A DNA stretch of 64,000 nucleotides, from NCBI GenBank assembly GCA_028534125.1, contig CM052816.1:52578001-52642000 (forward strand), read 5' to 3'. Below, one piece after another: positions 39,319 through 52,830 of the stretch. Made by a program: the position numbers and the translations under genes. This stretch comes from Lama glama (taxonomy: Eukaryota). The notes below the pieces were generated by a model, which was not told the DNA's origin, searched no databases, and worked only from the letters and a program-made list of their open reading frames with translations. The first letter of the stretch is position 1; every line of letters starts with the position of its first letter.

Positions 39319-39533
39319 AGTGGTCCTCAACCAGGGACAATTTTGCCCACACCCCAGGGGACATTTGGCAATGTCTAGAAACATTTCTGGTTGTTACAAC
39401 TAGGAGATGTTACTTGAATCTAGTGAGTAGAGGCCAGGACTGCTGCCAGCCTCTTACAATGCACAGGACAGTTCCACAACAAAGAACTGTCCAGTCCAAG
39501 GTGTCAGTAATGCCAATGTGGAGAGACCTTGCC
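39319..39533 (+). mobile_element. MER20 (hAT-Charlie)
   Basis: AGTGGTCCTCAACCAGGGACAATTTTGCCC...GGGGACATTTGGCAATGTCTAGAAACATTT...GTAGAGGCCAGG...ACAATGCACAGGACAG. Confidence 0.88.
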
Positions 39534-39640
39534 TTGGTACGGTTTGAAATTTTACTTCATTATTTTCTGAATTAATCAGCAATCACATACTCTGGATTTT
39601 TTTCAGGAGCAGTATTTGGAAACAAAATTTGCCCCTTAGA

Positions 39641-39780
39641 TTATAGTTACCATATTTAGCAAATAAAAAATACAGGAAGCTGAGTTAAATTTGATGTTTT
39701 TACTTATATGAAAAATCTATCCATTATTCATATGAAATTCAAATTTAACTGGGCATCTGGTATTTTATCTGGCAACCTTA
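39641..39780. mobile_element. MER53-like palindromic MITE
   Basis: ATTTAGCAAATAAAAAATACAGGA..AGTTAAATTTGA and its inverted partner TCAAATTTAACTGGGCATCTGGTATTTTATCTGGCAACC. Confidence 0.8.
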
Positions 39781-40454
39781 CCTTCGATGGAGATATTTGC
39801 TTTAGTTTTCACTGGTAGAACCACTTTCATATCTTAATTTAAACTACTGATTTTAGCTAGAAGATGCTCACTGTTTAAAATTTTTTTTTATGTTAATGTG
39901 GTACATAAACAAACTAATTATCTTTCAGAAAGACCACGTTACTATGAACGCAGCTTGAAAGTATCTGTAGTTTCTTCTCTGAAAATTGTATCAATCTGAT
40001 TTCTGTTACATTGCCGAGATGTGATAATAAGCTTTCTAATGTTTGCATGCTCTGCTAGGAATGTCCATGTTTATTCTGGACCTGGACCTTGTTTTTCCTA
40101 AGATCTTACCCCAAATATACAAATCAGGGTCTTTCGCTTTCTTTTCTCACAGGAGCGTCTATTGCCTTCTTCACCCTCAAAATAAAACTAAGTGATTACA
40201 ATTTAGGAAGAATATGAATAATTAACATTGATAATCTCAGACAAAATCCAACATGCCACCCACATCACCAGAAAAAAAGTGACTATAAGATCCGAACCAA
40301 TAATATTTCTCTTTCATAAAAATGTGCAGTATGTGCGTGAGCTCAACGCTGGGGTCAGAAGACTAACATGCTGGTTGAGGTTCTGCTGCTGGCTCACTTT
40401 CGGCCTCTCCCGCATTCTCTGGGCTTCAGTTTCATTCACAGACAAGTTGGGTCT

Positions 40455-41210
40455 CTGGAGAGCGTGTGGAGAAAAGGGACCCCTCCTACACTGTTGGTGG
40501 AATGTAGTTTGGTACTGCTATTATGGAAAACAGTATGGAAATTCCTTAGAAAACGAAAAATAGACTTACCCAATGATCTAGCAATCCTACTCCTGAGCAT
40601 GTATACAGAGGGAACTCTAATTCGAAAAGATACATGCACCCCAATGTTCATAGAAACACTAAATACAATAGCCAAGACATGGAAACAACTAAATGGCCGT
40701 TTTCAGATGGCTGGACAAAGAAGTTGACTACAATGGTATATTTGTACAATGGAATACTACTCAGCTGTAAAGTTGTATTTGCTGCAACATGGATAGACCT
40801 AGAGATCATCATTCTAAGTGAAGTAAGCCAAAGGAGAAAGAAAAATACCAACTGATATCACTTATATGTGGAATCTAAAAAAATGACACAAATGAACTTC
40901 TTTATAAAATAGAAACAGACTTACAGACATAGAGAACAAACTTATGGTTACCAGGGGGAAAAGGGGGTAGGAAGGAATAAATTGGGAGTTCAAGATTTGC
41001 AGATACAAACTACTATATATACAATAGATAAACAACAAGTTTCTTCTGTGTAGCACAGGGAACTATATCCAATATCTTGTAGTAGCCTATCATGAAAAAT
41101 AATATGAAAACAAATATATGTATTATATGTATCCCTGAACTATTAAGCTGTACACCAGAAATTGATACAACATTGTAAACTGACTACACTTCAATTAAAA
41201 AAAAAAAAAG
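40455..41210 (+). mobile_element. 5'-truncated L1
   Basis: ORF2 C-terminus-like text ([11 protein letters not shown]...DTCTPMF), 3'UTR and poly-A at about 41197-41209. Confidence 0.92.
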
Positions 41211-44200
41211 AATACAGACAGATGTCCGTCACCAATATCTGAAAGCACCTGCCCAGAAGGCATAGTCCTGACTTTCCCAGGCCTGTCGAATGCCGTGCTG
41301 ATCTCACTTGCAGAATTTGAACAGAATCATTTACACATCTTAGTCATCATGCTAAAATGGATAATCTAAAATCTTTCCGTTTTCTCCATTTGGGGCAAAA
41401 AGTAAAACCTTAAGGCAACCCTGAATGACACTTCAAAAAACCTAGCTTCTCATTTCAGCTCAGCCAGTGTGGCTAGGCTTCCTGTGACAGCTACCCGCCG
41501 CGTGTAGAGTATCAGGGCGCTGAACTGGGAGGGTTTTAAAGTCCTTTCAGCTGTAAAAATTTAGTCCCCTTTATGTTTACCTCTCTGAACCTGATTCATT
41601 TACTCCACATTAGGAGAGTCCCAAGTATGAATAACTCGTCCCCTTACTTTCTATCTGCCTTGTGCTCAGCTGCACTTTTAACTTTGAAAGACACAGACTT
41701 GTAGAGGAGTAGAGGAATGTTTAAACCCCACAATATACGAAGAGCTTCTCCAGAATCTCTCACCAATCTGTTTCTGATGATAAATACCAGATGCTATAGA
41801 GGAAGATTAACTATGCAGACAACTTGCATGTAAATTATACAGTAATGGCAAGAAGGGGGGCTAGGGGGATATGGGATTTCATTTTGAACTTGGCTAAGGC
41901 ATCTGCTTCTGCCCCCAAAGAGGAGTAATTTTCAGTTGCTGTAGGTTCATTCATATGTAGACGTTCATCGTTTTTTCTTTTCTTCTTGAGGGAATTGCAT
42001 TTGCTCTCCGCACCCACCCCCGCCTTTTTCCTTTGGAAGAACTGCTTTTATGTCTGGGTTGTAGAGGTCAGAATGCCGCAGGCAGTTGCTTGAGCCTCCT
42101 GTGTGGTGAGAAGTGGTTAGAGAGCTTACTCACCCAGGGCAACAGTCCATAGGACAACTCACTAGTAAACAGCATGGTGTGAACACTCTTCTCTTCGCTC
42201 TCTCTCTACTCATTTCTCCTCTTTGTCTCATCTCCTTCCCCTCTGATCTCTTTTTTGCTCCCTCACTTCTTTCCCTAAATGTTTCCTGAATCTCCAATTT
42301 GCTTTTTAAAAGTGTATGAAATACTTCAGTTATCTATAAAGGAATAAGGAATCCTACAACAGACATTCATTCATTCCTGCTACTCAGCTAAGTTTGCTAT
42401 TGCAAATTATTGAAACCCATTCTATACCCTTGCCTGATGTATCCACCCTCCATTCTCCATCCCAGGAGTTAAACACAAGGCTTAACTTGCTACTCATTCA
42501 CCTGTAACAGATGTAATATGGAGCTCAAAAAAACAATCTTGTTCTAACTGAAAAAAAAATGCGTTATTTATTCTTATGATGAAAATCAGGGTATTTAACT
42601 AAATTTTAAAAAAGAAAGATAAAACAAGATTTTTCAGATGAACTTTCACTGGAATAAAGGTTCCTCCAGCTGCCTCCTGCTGCACAGGTCTGGACTAGTT
42701 AAAGTGTCCCAGCACCATCAATGCAATTGTGTTCAGAAGTCTTTTTTCTGAATCTGTGTAATTCTAATGCTTGTTCCTTTAGTTTTCAGTCTTTGCTTTT
42801 TTTTTTAATCCCTCTGGAGTTTCCTCAATTTCCAATGTTTCTCTCCTGTCTTGTGACAGGATTCACCCCGATGACATTTACTGCTTGGACAATTTATTTT
42901 TGAACATAAAATGTTCTCTCTCTGCTCTGCACCAAGTGAATATAGTTGACTTTCTCTGCACCTTTTCTATTTAAATGATTTGGTGAAAAAGGATGAAGAC
43001 CATTCACATTAGGATGAAGCATGAGGTCACTGAGAGGGATGCTTGCAGCCCTTCTGAGGCTGGGTGACTGTTACACATGACACAGGGCATGGTCTTTGGG
43101 CCTCTGTTCCTCTTTGGGAAATGCTAATGGTTTGGGAGCAGCAGAGTCACCCTTAGCAACCGGGCCTTCCTGACATCCATTGAGAGGATGTCAATCCCCG
43201 ATGCCAGGACTACGAGGGACCTCTGCTCCCATCAGGCCCAGCAGGTGTGCCTTGGTAGAGGTGCCCTTGATGTGACGGTCTGGTGTCAGATCCACATCTA
43301 TGACAGGCAGCTGTCGAAGGCAGGGGCTGGATACCCAAAGAGCAAAGGGCTTTCTGTGGAGTACCCACCAAGTGCAAGCCCAAAATTAGATGCTGGTCAG
43401 TTTGCTCTTTTAGTATTGATGATAGTTAACAAAAACAGAGTGCACGGTATGGTATAAAATATGAGAGTAATAGATGTCTAATCAATACACCCAAAGTACA
43501 AAGGATACTGGAAGAAAGGTCATATAATACTGACTTTTTCCAAATAATGCTATTTAAGTGTTTTCCAAATTGTTTTTTCCCATTCTTGCAATATGATTTA
43601 TTTCCATATTTGGTAAATAGTTAATGGCAAGAATGTCTATGAAGTAAATATGACTTAGTGTAAAAAGCTCGGGCTTTGGAGATCAGCAGAACTGGGTAAA
43701 AATCTTCATCTAATCACTTTTTGGGACAAGATTATTTATCCATGGTGTCTCCAAGTCCAAATTCCATAGCGGGACTTCCTAGGCTCCTGAAGGTACCTGT
43801 AGTCTTATTTCTCATCATTATCTGCTGCTTACTTTATCCTCATGAAATGTGGAATTACACGTAGTTGCCAGACCACAGCATATTATTTCTCTACTCCTTG
43901 TCTTTACCGGAGTTGTTGTCTCTGCTGGGAACTCCTCCTTGGTCAACTGCCTAAGGGGTGCTTGCCTGACGCTGCCTCATCTCCAAGCCCTCTGCAGATG
44001 GGTGAATTATCCCTCCATGTAATTTTATGATACCTTAAACTTATCCCCATTAGCACGAACCACACAGAATGGATATTATATGTTTATCTCCTCCAGTGCA
44101 AGACATTCAGAAACAAGAACCACATCTTATTTAGCCTGGTGTCAGCATTTAGTAAACTCAATAAATGTTTGCCAGACTGAGAGGGATATATCTGTGAAAT

Positions 44201-45797
44201 GAGTATAATACTATCCTAGGATTGGTGTGAAGAGGAATTCTAAAATGCTGCTGCTCATTCTGCCACCCAAACTTCTAATGTATTCCTAAAACACAGAAAC
44301 AAATATATTGCACGTGCAAAGAAAATATATATTGACAGTCACCTCTAGATGTCGTTTTTGTACTCATAACATTTTCCGTAGAAAAATATGTTCATCTGAA
44401 ATGCAACTCTATTTGCCAATTTTAAGATACCACTTGGCTTATGACATCCAAATAACAGGAACAGACTTATGGACCAGAAGAGCAGTTTGAGAGTCAACCG
44501 GTCTCTCTTAGTTTTTATAAACTGTTGGCCATATCTGCAAGTAGAAATTATCTTGAAGGAGAATAAATGTAAAAATACACTGGTTTTCAAACAGGTCAAC
44601 ATACAAAATGAATATAGCTACACCTAAAAAGATCAGAGAGAAGAGTTTTTTTTTTCCTTCAGAATGGAGACCCTAGGGTATATTTCTTTTGCCTGAGGAA
44701 GTTTCTTCAACAATTCCAGCCTTGTAACCCTTCTTCCACCCCCACTGCATACACACACAAGTTCTTGGAGCATGACCTCTGGGTATTCATACTGAATCAC
44801 TGTTTCACACTGGAAAAATACACCCAAGAGAACTCCTTCTGAACTCGCCTTGCTCACTCTCTTTATCCTGTTGGTTTTCAGTATTGAGTTAGTCTTGGAT
44901 GAGAGTTCGAGGCCACCGAATTACCTCCTCCAACAAAGAGGGGAAAGGGCACATAAATTGTGTTTACACACAATAGTCTTATCATCCATCCTTTTGATGG
45001 GAATCAGAGGTACAAATGGAAGGCTATGGTGGCAGTAACAGAAGATACGAAGAATTCGGAAGCCAAAGGATGGATATGCCTTGCAGAGGCAGGGGTCAGC
45101 AAAAGGAGGAAGTTTCCAGAAACAGGGAGAAGGTATAATGGAGAGAGAGAACATAGACAACAGAGGAAATCACTGTAAGGAAGCATGGACATTGTAATGA
45201 GAAGCAAAGGGTGAGTCTGAGACCCTGGAAATTGAGGGGAAATAAAAATGCTGCTCTTTTAATAGTTGAACATATGTTTTGTCCATCCCTCTGCTTTGAG
45301 GGGACCCTCGCCTATTAGGAGCATCTATTATGTGCTTGTTGGCTGTTATGGGGGATATAAGACTTAGCCCCTGCATTTGGAGTAGAAAACCAGGATGCAG
45401 CTTCATGTGCGGGCAACCAGATGGTGTGACTAGATACTGTAATACAAAATTAATAATATTAACAAGTATTTACATACAAAGACATTTTTTCAAGTAATCA
45501 ACACATATTCCAGTCTCCCATATACCTACTAAACCTTTTAGCTTGATTTTAGTGTTGTTGCCCTAGCACATCCATGAATATGGGAAGCAAGATGTCAAAA
45601 GCTGTGAATAATACACAAGTGTAAAACTGTCCTGTGACACCATTTCAAACTCATTAGACCCTGTCTTTTCATCTTCCTAACTCACATCCATTACTTAAAA
45701 TATATACTAATTCCATTTAGTCTGCTAAGATAACATTTAAAACCTTGATATGAGTAATAATTGATATATATTTTTTATTTGGCAGATATCTCTTTAT

Positions 45798-46269
45798 TTC
45801 TTTTTTTAAATTTTATTTTTTATTGAAGTGTAGTTGATTTACAGTGTTTGTTTCAGGTGTACAGCAAAGCGATTCAGTTATATATTTATATATGTATTTT
45901 TCAGATTCTTTTCCATTATATGTTATTACAAGAAACTGAATATAGTTTCCTGTGCTACACAGTATATCTTTGTTGCTTGTCTATTGTATATAGAGTAATG
46001 TGTATCTGTTAATCCAAAACTCCTAATTTATCATCCCCTGCCCTTTCCTCTTTGGTAACCATAGTTTGTTTTCTATGTCCAAGAGTCTATTTTTGGTTTG
46101 TAAATAAAATTTGTATCCTTTTTTAATATTCCACATATAAGTGATATTATGATATTTGACTTTCTCTGTCTGACTTACTTCACTTAACATGATAATCTCT
46201 AGGTCCACCCATGTTGCTGCAAATAGCATTATTTCATTCTTTTTTATGGCCAAGTAGTATTCCATCTCA

Positions 46270-46306
<37 letters not shown>

Positions 46307-46376
46307 ATATGTATATATTTATATAGTGCTGCTGTGAACATTGGGGTGCATGTATCTTTTCGAATTAGAGTTTTCC
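45798..46376 (-). mobile_element. L1 3' end containing an (AC)16 microsatellite
   Basis: T-rich tail, TATTGAAGTGTAGTTGATTTACA, GACTTACTTCACTTAACATGATAATCTCTAGGTCCACCCATGTTGCTGC. Confidence 0.9.
46273..46304. repeat. (AC)16 microsatellite
   Basis: Perfect dinucleotide run. Confidence 0.95.
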
Positions 46377-46799
46377 CTAAAGCAAAAGATTTTTATACAT
46401 TGTTTTTTCCTTAGAGAAAACTCTGAAGTGTATCTTTAGCCAAAATAGAGTATGCTGGATTATCTGTAAGTCATATAGAAGATTCCAATGATTTCCAAGG
46501 TTGACTCAATCTGAGTGGTATTGGGAACTTTATCCAGTGATGAGATGGTATCTCTGAGAGCTTCTTAATCCCAGCTATCTATCCTTATTCATTGTTATCA
46601 ATTATGGAAAGCCACGTGGTCATCTGAATGTAGCTCAGCACCATTTGTGGGAAAATATTTAATGGCATGGCCCTGCTGATGAAAAGATATCCTGAATACA
46701 AAGGTCCACACTTTTAATTGCCATCTGACAATTAAAGGGTCCTGAATATTTTGTGTACTTATTTTTTTATCACACACCATTATATCACATTTAATTCTT

Positions 46800-49600
46800 T
46801 TAAAAAACCCTTTATTTTCAAATAAATAGACTCATAGGACATTTCAAAACAAATGTACAGGGAGGTTCTATATACCCTTTGTACTATTTCCCCCAGAGTT
46901 AACATCTTGCATAACTACAATACACTATCAAAGCCAGGAAATTGACATTGGTACAATTCACAGAGTTTTTTCAGATTTCACTAGTTTCACATGCACTTGT
47001 TTGCATGTGTGTGTGTATACAGTTCTATGTAACTTTATCACATGTAGCTTCGTGTAACTACCACCACAATCAAGATACAAAATCATTTCTTCACTGCGAG
47101 GCTCAAGCTATCCCTGGTAGCCACACTCACTCCATGACCTTCGGCAGCCACTGATCTGTTTTCTGTCTCCTGTTATTTCAAGAATATCATCTAAATGGAA
47201 TCATACAGTATGAAACCCTCTGAGATAGTTTTTTTTTTCCTGCTCAGCATAATTCCTTTAAGATTCATCCTGATTACTGTGTATATTAATAATTACTTAG
47301 TTAATTAATAGTTAATTAATCTCTTTTTGTTGCTGTCCTTACTCCATGGTTAAGGATGTACCAATGTTTGTTTAACCATTCACCTATTAAAGAACACTTG
47401 GTGTTTTTCTAGTTTTTGATAATCATGAATAAATTGCTAAGAACATTTGTGTACAGTTCTTTTGTATTAACATAGGCTTTCATTTCTCTGGATAAACGCC
47501 CAGCATTGCAATTGGTGGTTGTATGCCAGCACAATAATGCAATGCCTTTCAGTAAAATGTCTGTTCGTGTCTTTTTGACATTTCTAATTGGGTTGTGTAT
47601 TTATTTTACTGTTGAGTTTTGAGAATTCTTTACATATTTTAGATATAAGCCCTTTGTTAGAGATGTGTTTTAATCCAAGTCTATGTCTCCTTCTAATAAG
47701 GACACCAGTCATTCTATTCAGAGTCCATCCTAATTCAGTATGATCTCATCTTAACTTGATTACATCTCCAAAGCCCCGTTTCCAAATAAGGACTTGTCAC
47801 AGGTACTAGGTGTTAAGACTTCAACACACTTTTTCCTTTCTATTTTTTTTTTTTGCAGGGGTGTGGGGGAGAGCAGAAACAATTCACCCCACAATATATG
47901 ATAAGATAATGTTTAGCTTTGGGAGAAACTGCCAAACTGTCTTGCAAAGTTTTTGCATTCCCATCAGCAATGAATGGGAGTTCCTGTTGCTCTACCATCT
48001 TGCACAACAGTTGGGATTCTCAGGCTTTTGAAGTTTATCTATTCTAACAGGTGTGCCATGACATCTCATTGTTGCTTTAATTGCAATTCCCTATTGACAA
48101 ATGATGTTGAGCATCTTTCTAGATGATTATTTCCAACTGCATATCCTCTCTGATGATGTGTCTGTTCATATCTTTTGTTTTTAAATTGGGTTGTTTGTTT
48201 TCTTGTTGAATTTTAAGAGTTCTTTGTATATTTTGGATAACAGGTCCTTTAACAGGTATGTGTTCTGAAAATATTTTCTCTCCAGTCTGTGGCTTATCTT
48301 GTTATTCTCCTAACAGGATATTTTGTATTTCATTATTCAGTTGAATGTATTTTTTTCCTCTGACACCTCCTCTTTGACTCAATGATTATTTAGGAGTGTG
48401 TTGTTTAATTTCAAAGTGTTTGGAGATTTTACTATTGTCTGTCTGTTACTGATTTCCAGCTTGGTTCTAGTATGGTCAAAAAATATATTCTGTATGATTT
48501 CATTAAAATTTTTTGTTGCAGTTTGCTTTATGAATCAGGATATGGTCTACCCTGGTCAATATTCCATGCGCTTTTGGAAGAATGTGCGTTCTGTTGTTGT
48601 TAACTAGAGCATCCTGTAAATGTCAATTAGATCCTGTTTAGTTCATCTAGGTGTTTGCTTATTTTCTGTCCAGTAGTTCTATCAATTGCTGAGAATGGGT
48701 GGGGGGTAACTATAATTATGGATTTGTCTATTTTTCCTTCACATCTATTAGCTTTTGCTTCATGTATTTTGAAACACTGTTGTTTGGTGCACTTATTTAA
48801 GATTGATATGTCTTCTTGGTGGATGCAGTATCCCTCTTGTCCCTAGCAGTTTTCTTTGCTCTGAAGCCTAATTTATCTGATATTAATATACCAACTCTTA
48901 CTTTTTTTGTCCAAGTATTTTTTTTAATTTTAATTTTTTGGGGGAGGGTGATTAGGTTTATGTATTTATTTATTTTAATGGAGGTACTGGGGATTGAACC
49001 CAGGACCTCATGCATGCTAAGCATGTGCTCTACAGCTGAGCTATACCCTCCCCCACAACTCTTATGTTTTTGTCTGATCAGTCTTTGCCTGGTATAGCTT
49101 TCTTCATCCCTATATGTTCAACCTACCTACATCATTATGTTTAAAGTTCCTTGTAGACAGTATTTACACGGGTTGTGTTTTTTTTATTCATCCTGCCAAA
49201 CTCTGTCTTTCAATTGGTGTATTTAGACCTTTACATTTAGAGTAATAATTGATTTTACAGGGTTTAAGTCTATCATTTTACTCCTTGTTCTCTATTTGTT
49301 CCTTGCTAATCATTCCTCTGTTTCTCTCTCTCTCCTTCTTGTGAGTTACTTGAACATTCCTTAAAATTCTATTTCGATTTATTTAATGTTTTTAAGTACA
49401 TCACTTTGTATAATTTTCTTATTGGTTGTTCTAGGTATTACAATATACATATATAATTTATCACAGTCTACTGGTATATGATGTTTTATCACTGAGTAAA
49501 GTATAGAAACCTTATTTCCTTTTAGGATCCTTCACCACCTTCACTTTTAAAATATAATTCTCCTATTTCTACATAACTGATCACTATGTCAAATGACTAT
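46800..49600 (-). mobile_element. Old L1M fragments with a nested MLT1 fragment (about 47675-47895) and a SINE
   Basis: T-rich antisense L1 text (AATGGAATCATACAGTATG, AACTGCCAAACTGT, TGATGTTGAGCATCTTT); MLT1 motif ATAAGGACACCAGTCAT...TTTCCAAATAAGG. Confidence 0.75.
48915..49054 (-). mobile_element. Vic-1-type SINE inserted in an old L1
   Basis: GGAGGTACTGGGGATTGAACCCAGGACCTCATGCATGCTAAGC...GAGCTATACCCTCCCC; flanking direct repeat CAACTCTTA at 48892 and 49056. Confidence 0.9.
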
Positions 49601-49620
49601 TTCATTTAATTCTTTTTAAT

Positions 49621-50132
49621 ACAAGCATACATTGTTTTATTGCACTTCACTTTATTGTGCTTCACAGGTACTGCATTTTTTTTTAAACAAATTGAAGGTT
49701 TGTGGCAATACTGTGGCAAGACTTGCTTCGCAATTGAGAAAGTCTACTGGAACTATTTTTCCAAGAGCATATGCTCACTGTGCATCTCTGTGTCACATTT
49801 CTCAAAATATCTCAAACTTTTTCATTATTATTTTGTTATGGTGATCTGTGACCAGTGATTTTTGATATTACTATCACAAAAAGATTTTGACTCATAGGCT
49901 CAGATAATGGTCAACATTTTCTGACAATAAAGTATTTCTAATTAAGGGATGTACATTGGTTTTTTTTTAAAGACATAGTGCTATTGTACACACCAAACGG
50001 CCTACAGTATAGTGTGAATGTTAACTTTTGTATGCACTGGGAAACCAAAATATTTGTTCAGCTTGCTTTACTATGTTATTTGCTCGACTGTAGTGGTCTG
50101 GAACCGAACCTACAATATCTGTACAAGGTATA
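49621..50132 (-). mobile_element. Internally deleted Tigger1-like DNA transposon
   Basis: Both Tigger1 ends present: CAAGCATACATTGTTTTATTGCACTTCACTTTATTGTGCTT and TATGCACTGGGAAACCAAAA...GTGGTCTGGAACCGAACCTACAATATCT; only about 0.5 kb, no transposase. Confidence 0.85.
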
Positions 50133-51960
50133 GAGAACAGGTCACTATGTTGGAGGAGCAAAATGTATCCCTTTCAGTGTGTATCATTGACTAATAGCCT
50201 TGATACCAAATGAATAAATAAACCTGGCTCCCCATTTAAATTTCTAGGCAATAAGGTACCATTGGAGGAATTCACCACAACTGTGCTAACTTGGCTACGC
50301 TTCAAGATGGCTGAGCCCCGCTGCTGAAGCTTTAGATTCCACCTTCTTTTACTTCGCAGGGTAATTCCTAGGATCCCTTCCCTCTTCTGTCATCATCCTC
50401 AGGACCAAGCTTTAAAGGGCACTAAAGCCCAGGTCTCCACATAGGACTTCTAACAGATGGAATTGGTACAATGTAAATTGATCCTGCTACATTTCTCTAG
50501 CTAACTTCATTTCCATGAAAAAAGGAGTTGAACAAATATTTAAAGAATATCTCTTCGAAAGGGCATCTAGTTATTAGCCTACCCATGGCTCTCACTTGAT
50601 TTGTCTCCTTCATACTAATTTAAATTTGACCTTTGCCAACTGTCAGCAATGCTTCCATTCACTTACTACTAACTCCCTGTTACATTCTCTAAGTTGTTCT
50701 CTAAACTCCAGCCTCTTTCTCTCAGGCTCTTTTGATTTGTTTTCTAGTGTAACAAGGAAATTTTAAGGTGACTGTTTGAGCTAACTCAGCATCCCATGCT
50801 CCCCTTGAAACTTCCTCCAGTGTCAGAAAGAAAGCATGTCTCTCAGTTTCAATGCCAGCTCCACTGCTCAAGCTCCTGATCTCAGCCTCTCAACTCTTAG
50901 CGCAATTCATAGGACCCCAGCTCTCTGCCATCCTTGGGCTTTTGCCCACTGGTAGCCAATTTTGTCTTCATGTGTATGTACAGCCACTCTGTCATCTCCT
51001 TTAAGAACTTTATCTTGAGTCCTCTACTCCTGTCCCAGTCCTTTCCTTCCTTTATCTGTCAGATTTCTCATGATATTATACCTGCCCTATTCCTAATACC
51101 ATTTTTCTTCAGGAATCATTTGCAATTTGATTTCTAGCGAATTATTCAATGAAAAAGTGCTCAGTGCAAGGGAGTCAGGTGCTTTTCTTCTAATAATATT
51201 CAGAAGCATTTCCTCTCTTCATTTCCCACATTTTAATTCATATCATACAATTTATGTATTCATAAAACCCTTCCTTCTCTGATGTCCATGAAACAACAGC
51301 ATTCGACCTCCCATCCATGACTATGTGAATCCATTCATGTTGTACTAAGACTTTTACTCTTCTTTTCTACTTCCTCAAAACTACGTATCCTTATGCCTTC
51401 TAATATCACCACTAATATCACCACTCTTCCTGATCAGTCTCCAGCTCATTATCAAATCCAGCATCCAGTTACTTATATTCAGATTCTTTGCCACCTTCAT
51501 ATGCCTTGACTCGTGTAGCACAGCCCAGTGGAGTGCCCTCCGCTGTGCCAATCTAAACTCACTGTACCCATCCTTCAAGGTTAGCTAAAGTCCTACTTCT
51601 CCCAACAGGCCTTTGCCAAGCATTGCAGCACACTAAAGCCTTCGTCTAAATCCACGTTAGACTTGTGGTCTGCCTGACAGAATGGTGCCTGCTAATCATA
51701 TCTAGCTACCTCAGATACGTAGGCCTTGTTTTATTAACCATCTCTCTGAAAGCATGAATCCCCCTGACAGCCCAGCAGGGTGCTGAGCATACAGAAGTTA
51801 CCTGATGAACTTGTTTAATGGCTTAATCCTAAAAAAAATTATTAAACAAGTAATGATAGTAATATGACACTGATAATTCTACTGAGTGAAACTAGGATTT
51901 TTAATGGACCTCTTAGAGGGCTACAGGCAGAATGACATAGTGGTTAAGAATATGAGCCCA

Positions 51961-52830
51961 AATTATCAGAGAAATGCAAATCATAACTACGATGAGGTAT
52001 CACCTTACACCAGTCAGAATGGCCATCATTAAAAAGTCCACAAATGATAAAATGCTGGAGAGGGTGTGGCAAAAAGGGAACCCTCCTACACTCCTGGTGG
52101 GAACATAGTTTGCTGCAGCCATTATGGAAAACAGTATGGAGATTCCTTAAAAAACTAAAAAAAGACCTACCATATGATCCAGCAATCCCACTCCTGGGCA
52201 TATATCCAGAAGGAACTCTAATTCAAAAAGATACATGCACCCTAATGTTCATAGCAGGACTGTCTACAATAATGTAGCCAAGACATGGAAACAACCTAAA
52301 TATCCATCGACAAGTTACTGGATAAAGAAGCGGTGGTATATTTATACAATGGAATACTACTCAGCCATAAAAAAGAATAAAATAATGTCATTTGCTGCAA
52401 CATGGATGGACCTAGAGATTGTCATTTGAAGTGAAGTAAGCCAGAAAGAGAAAAAGAAAAATATCACATGATATCACTCGTATGTGGAATCCAAAACAAA
52501 ACAAAACAAAATGACACAAATGAACTTATTTACAAAACAGAAACACTCACAGACATAGAAAACAAACTTATGGTTACCAGTGGGGAAAGGGGTGGGAAGG
52601 GATAAATTGGGAGTTTGAGATTTGCAGATACTAACTACTATATACAAAATAGATCAACAGTAAGTTTCTTCTGTATAGCACAGAGAATGATATTCAATAC
52701 CTTGTAGTAACCTATAATGAAAAATAATTTGAAACCAAATACATGTATGTATGCGTATGCTTGAACTATTAGGCTGTACACCAGAAATTGACACAACATT
52801 TTAAACTGACTATACCTCAAAAAAATTAAA
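51961..52830 (+). mobile_element. 5'-truncated L1 inserted into a MIR, with 15-bp TSD
   Basis: ORF 52044..52277 is L1 ORF2 C-terminus ([16 protein letters not shown]...[13 protein letters not shown]); TSD AAGAATATGAGCCCA (51946-51960) and AAAAGTATGAGCCCA (52831-52845); MIR halves on either side. Confidence 0.93.

Noticed and set aside
52044..52429. ORFs resembling L1 ORF2 (also at 19282, 27406, 40228-40855, 46023)
   Set aside because: Frameshifted fragments or antisense shadows of 5'-truncated L1s; no intact RT or endonuclease.
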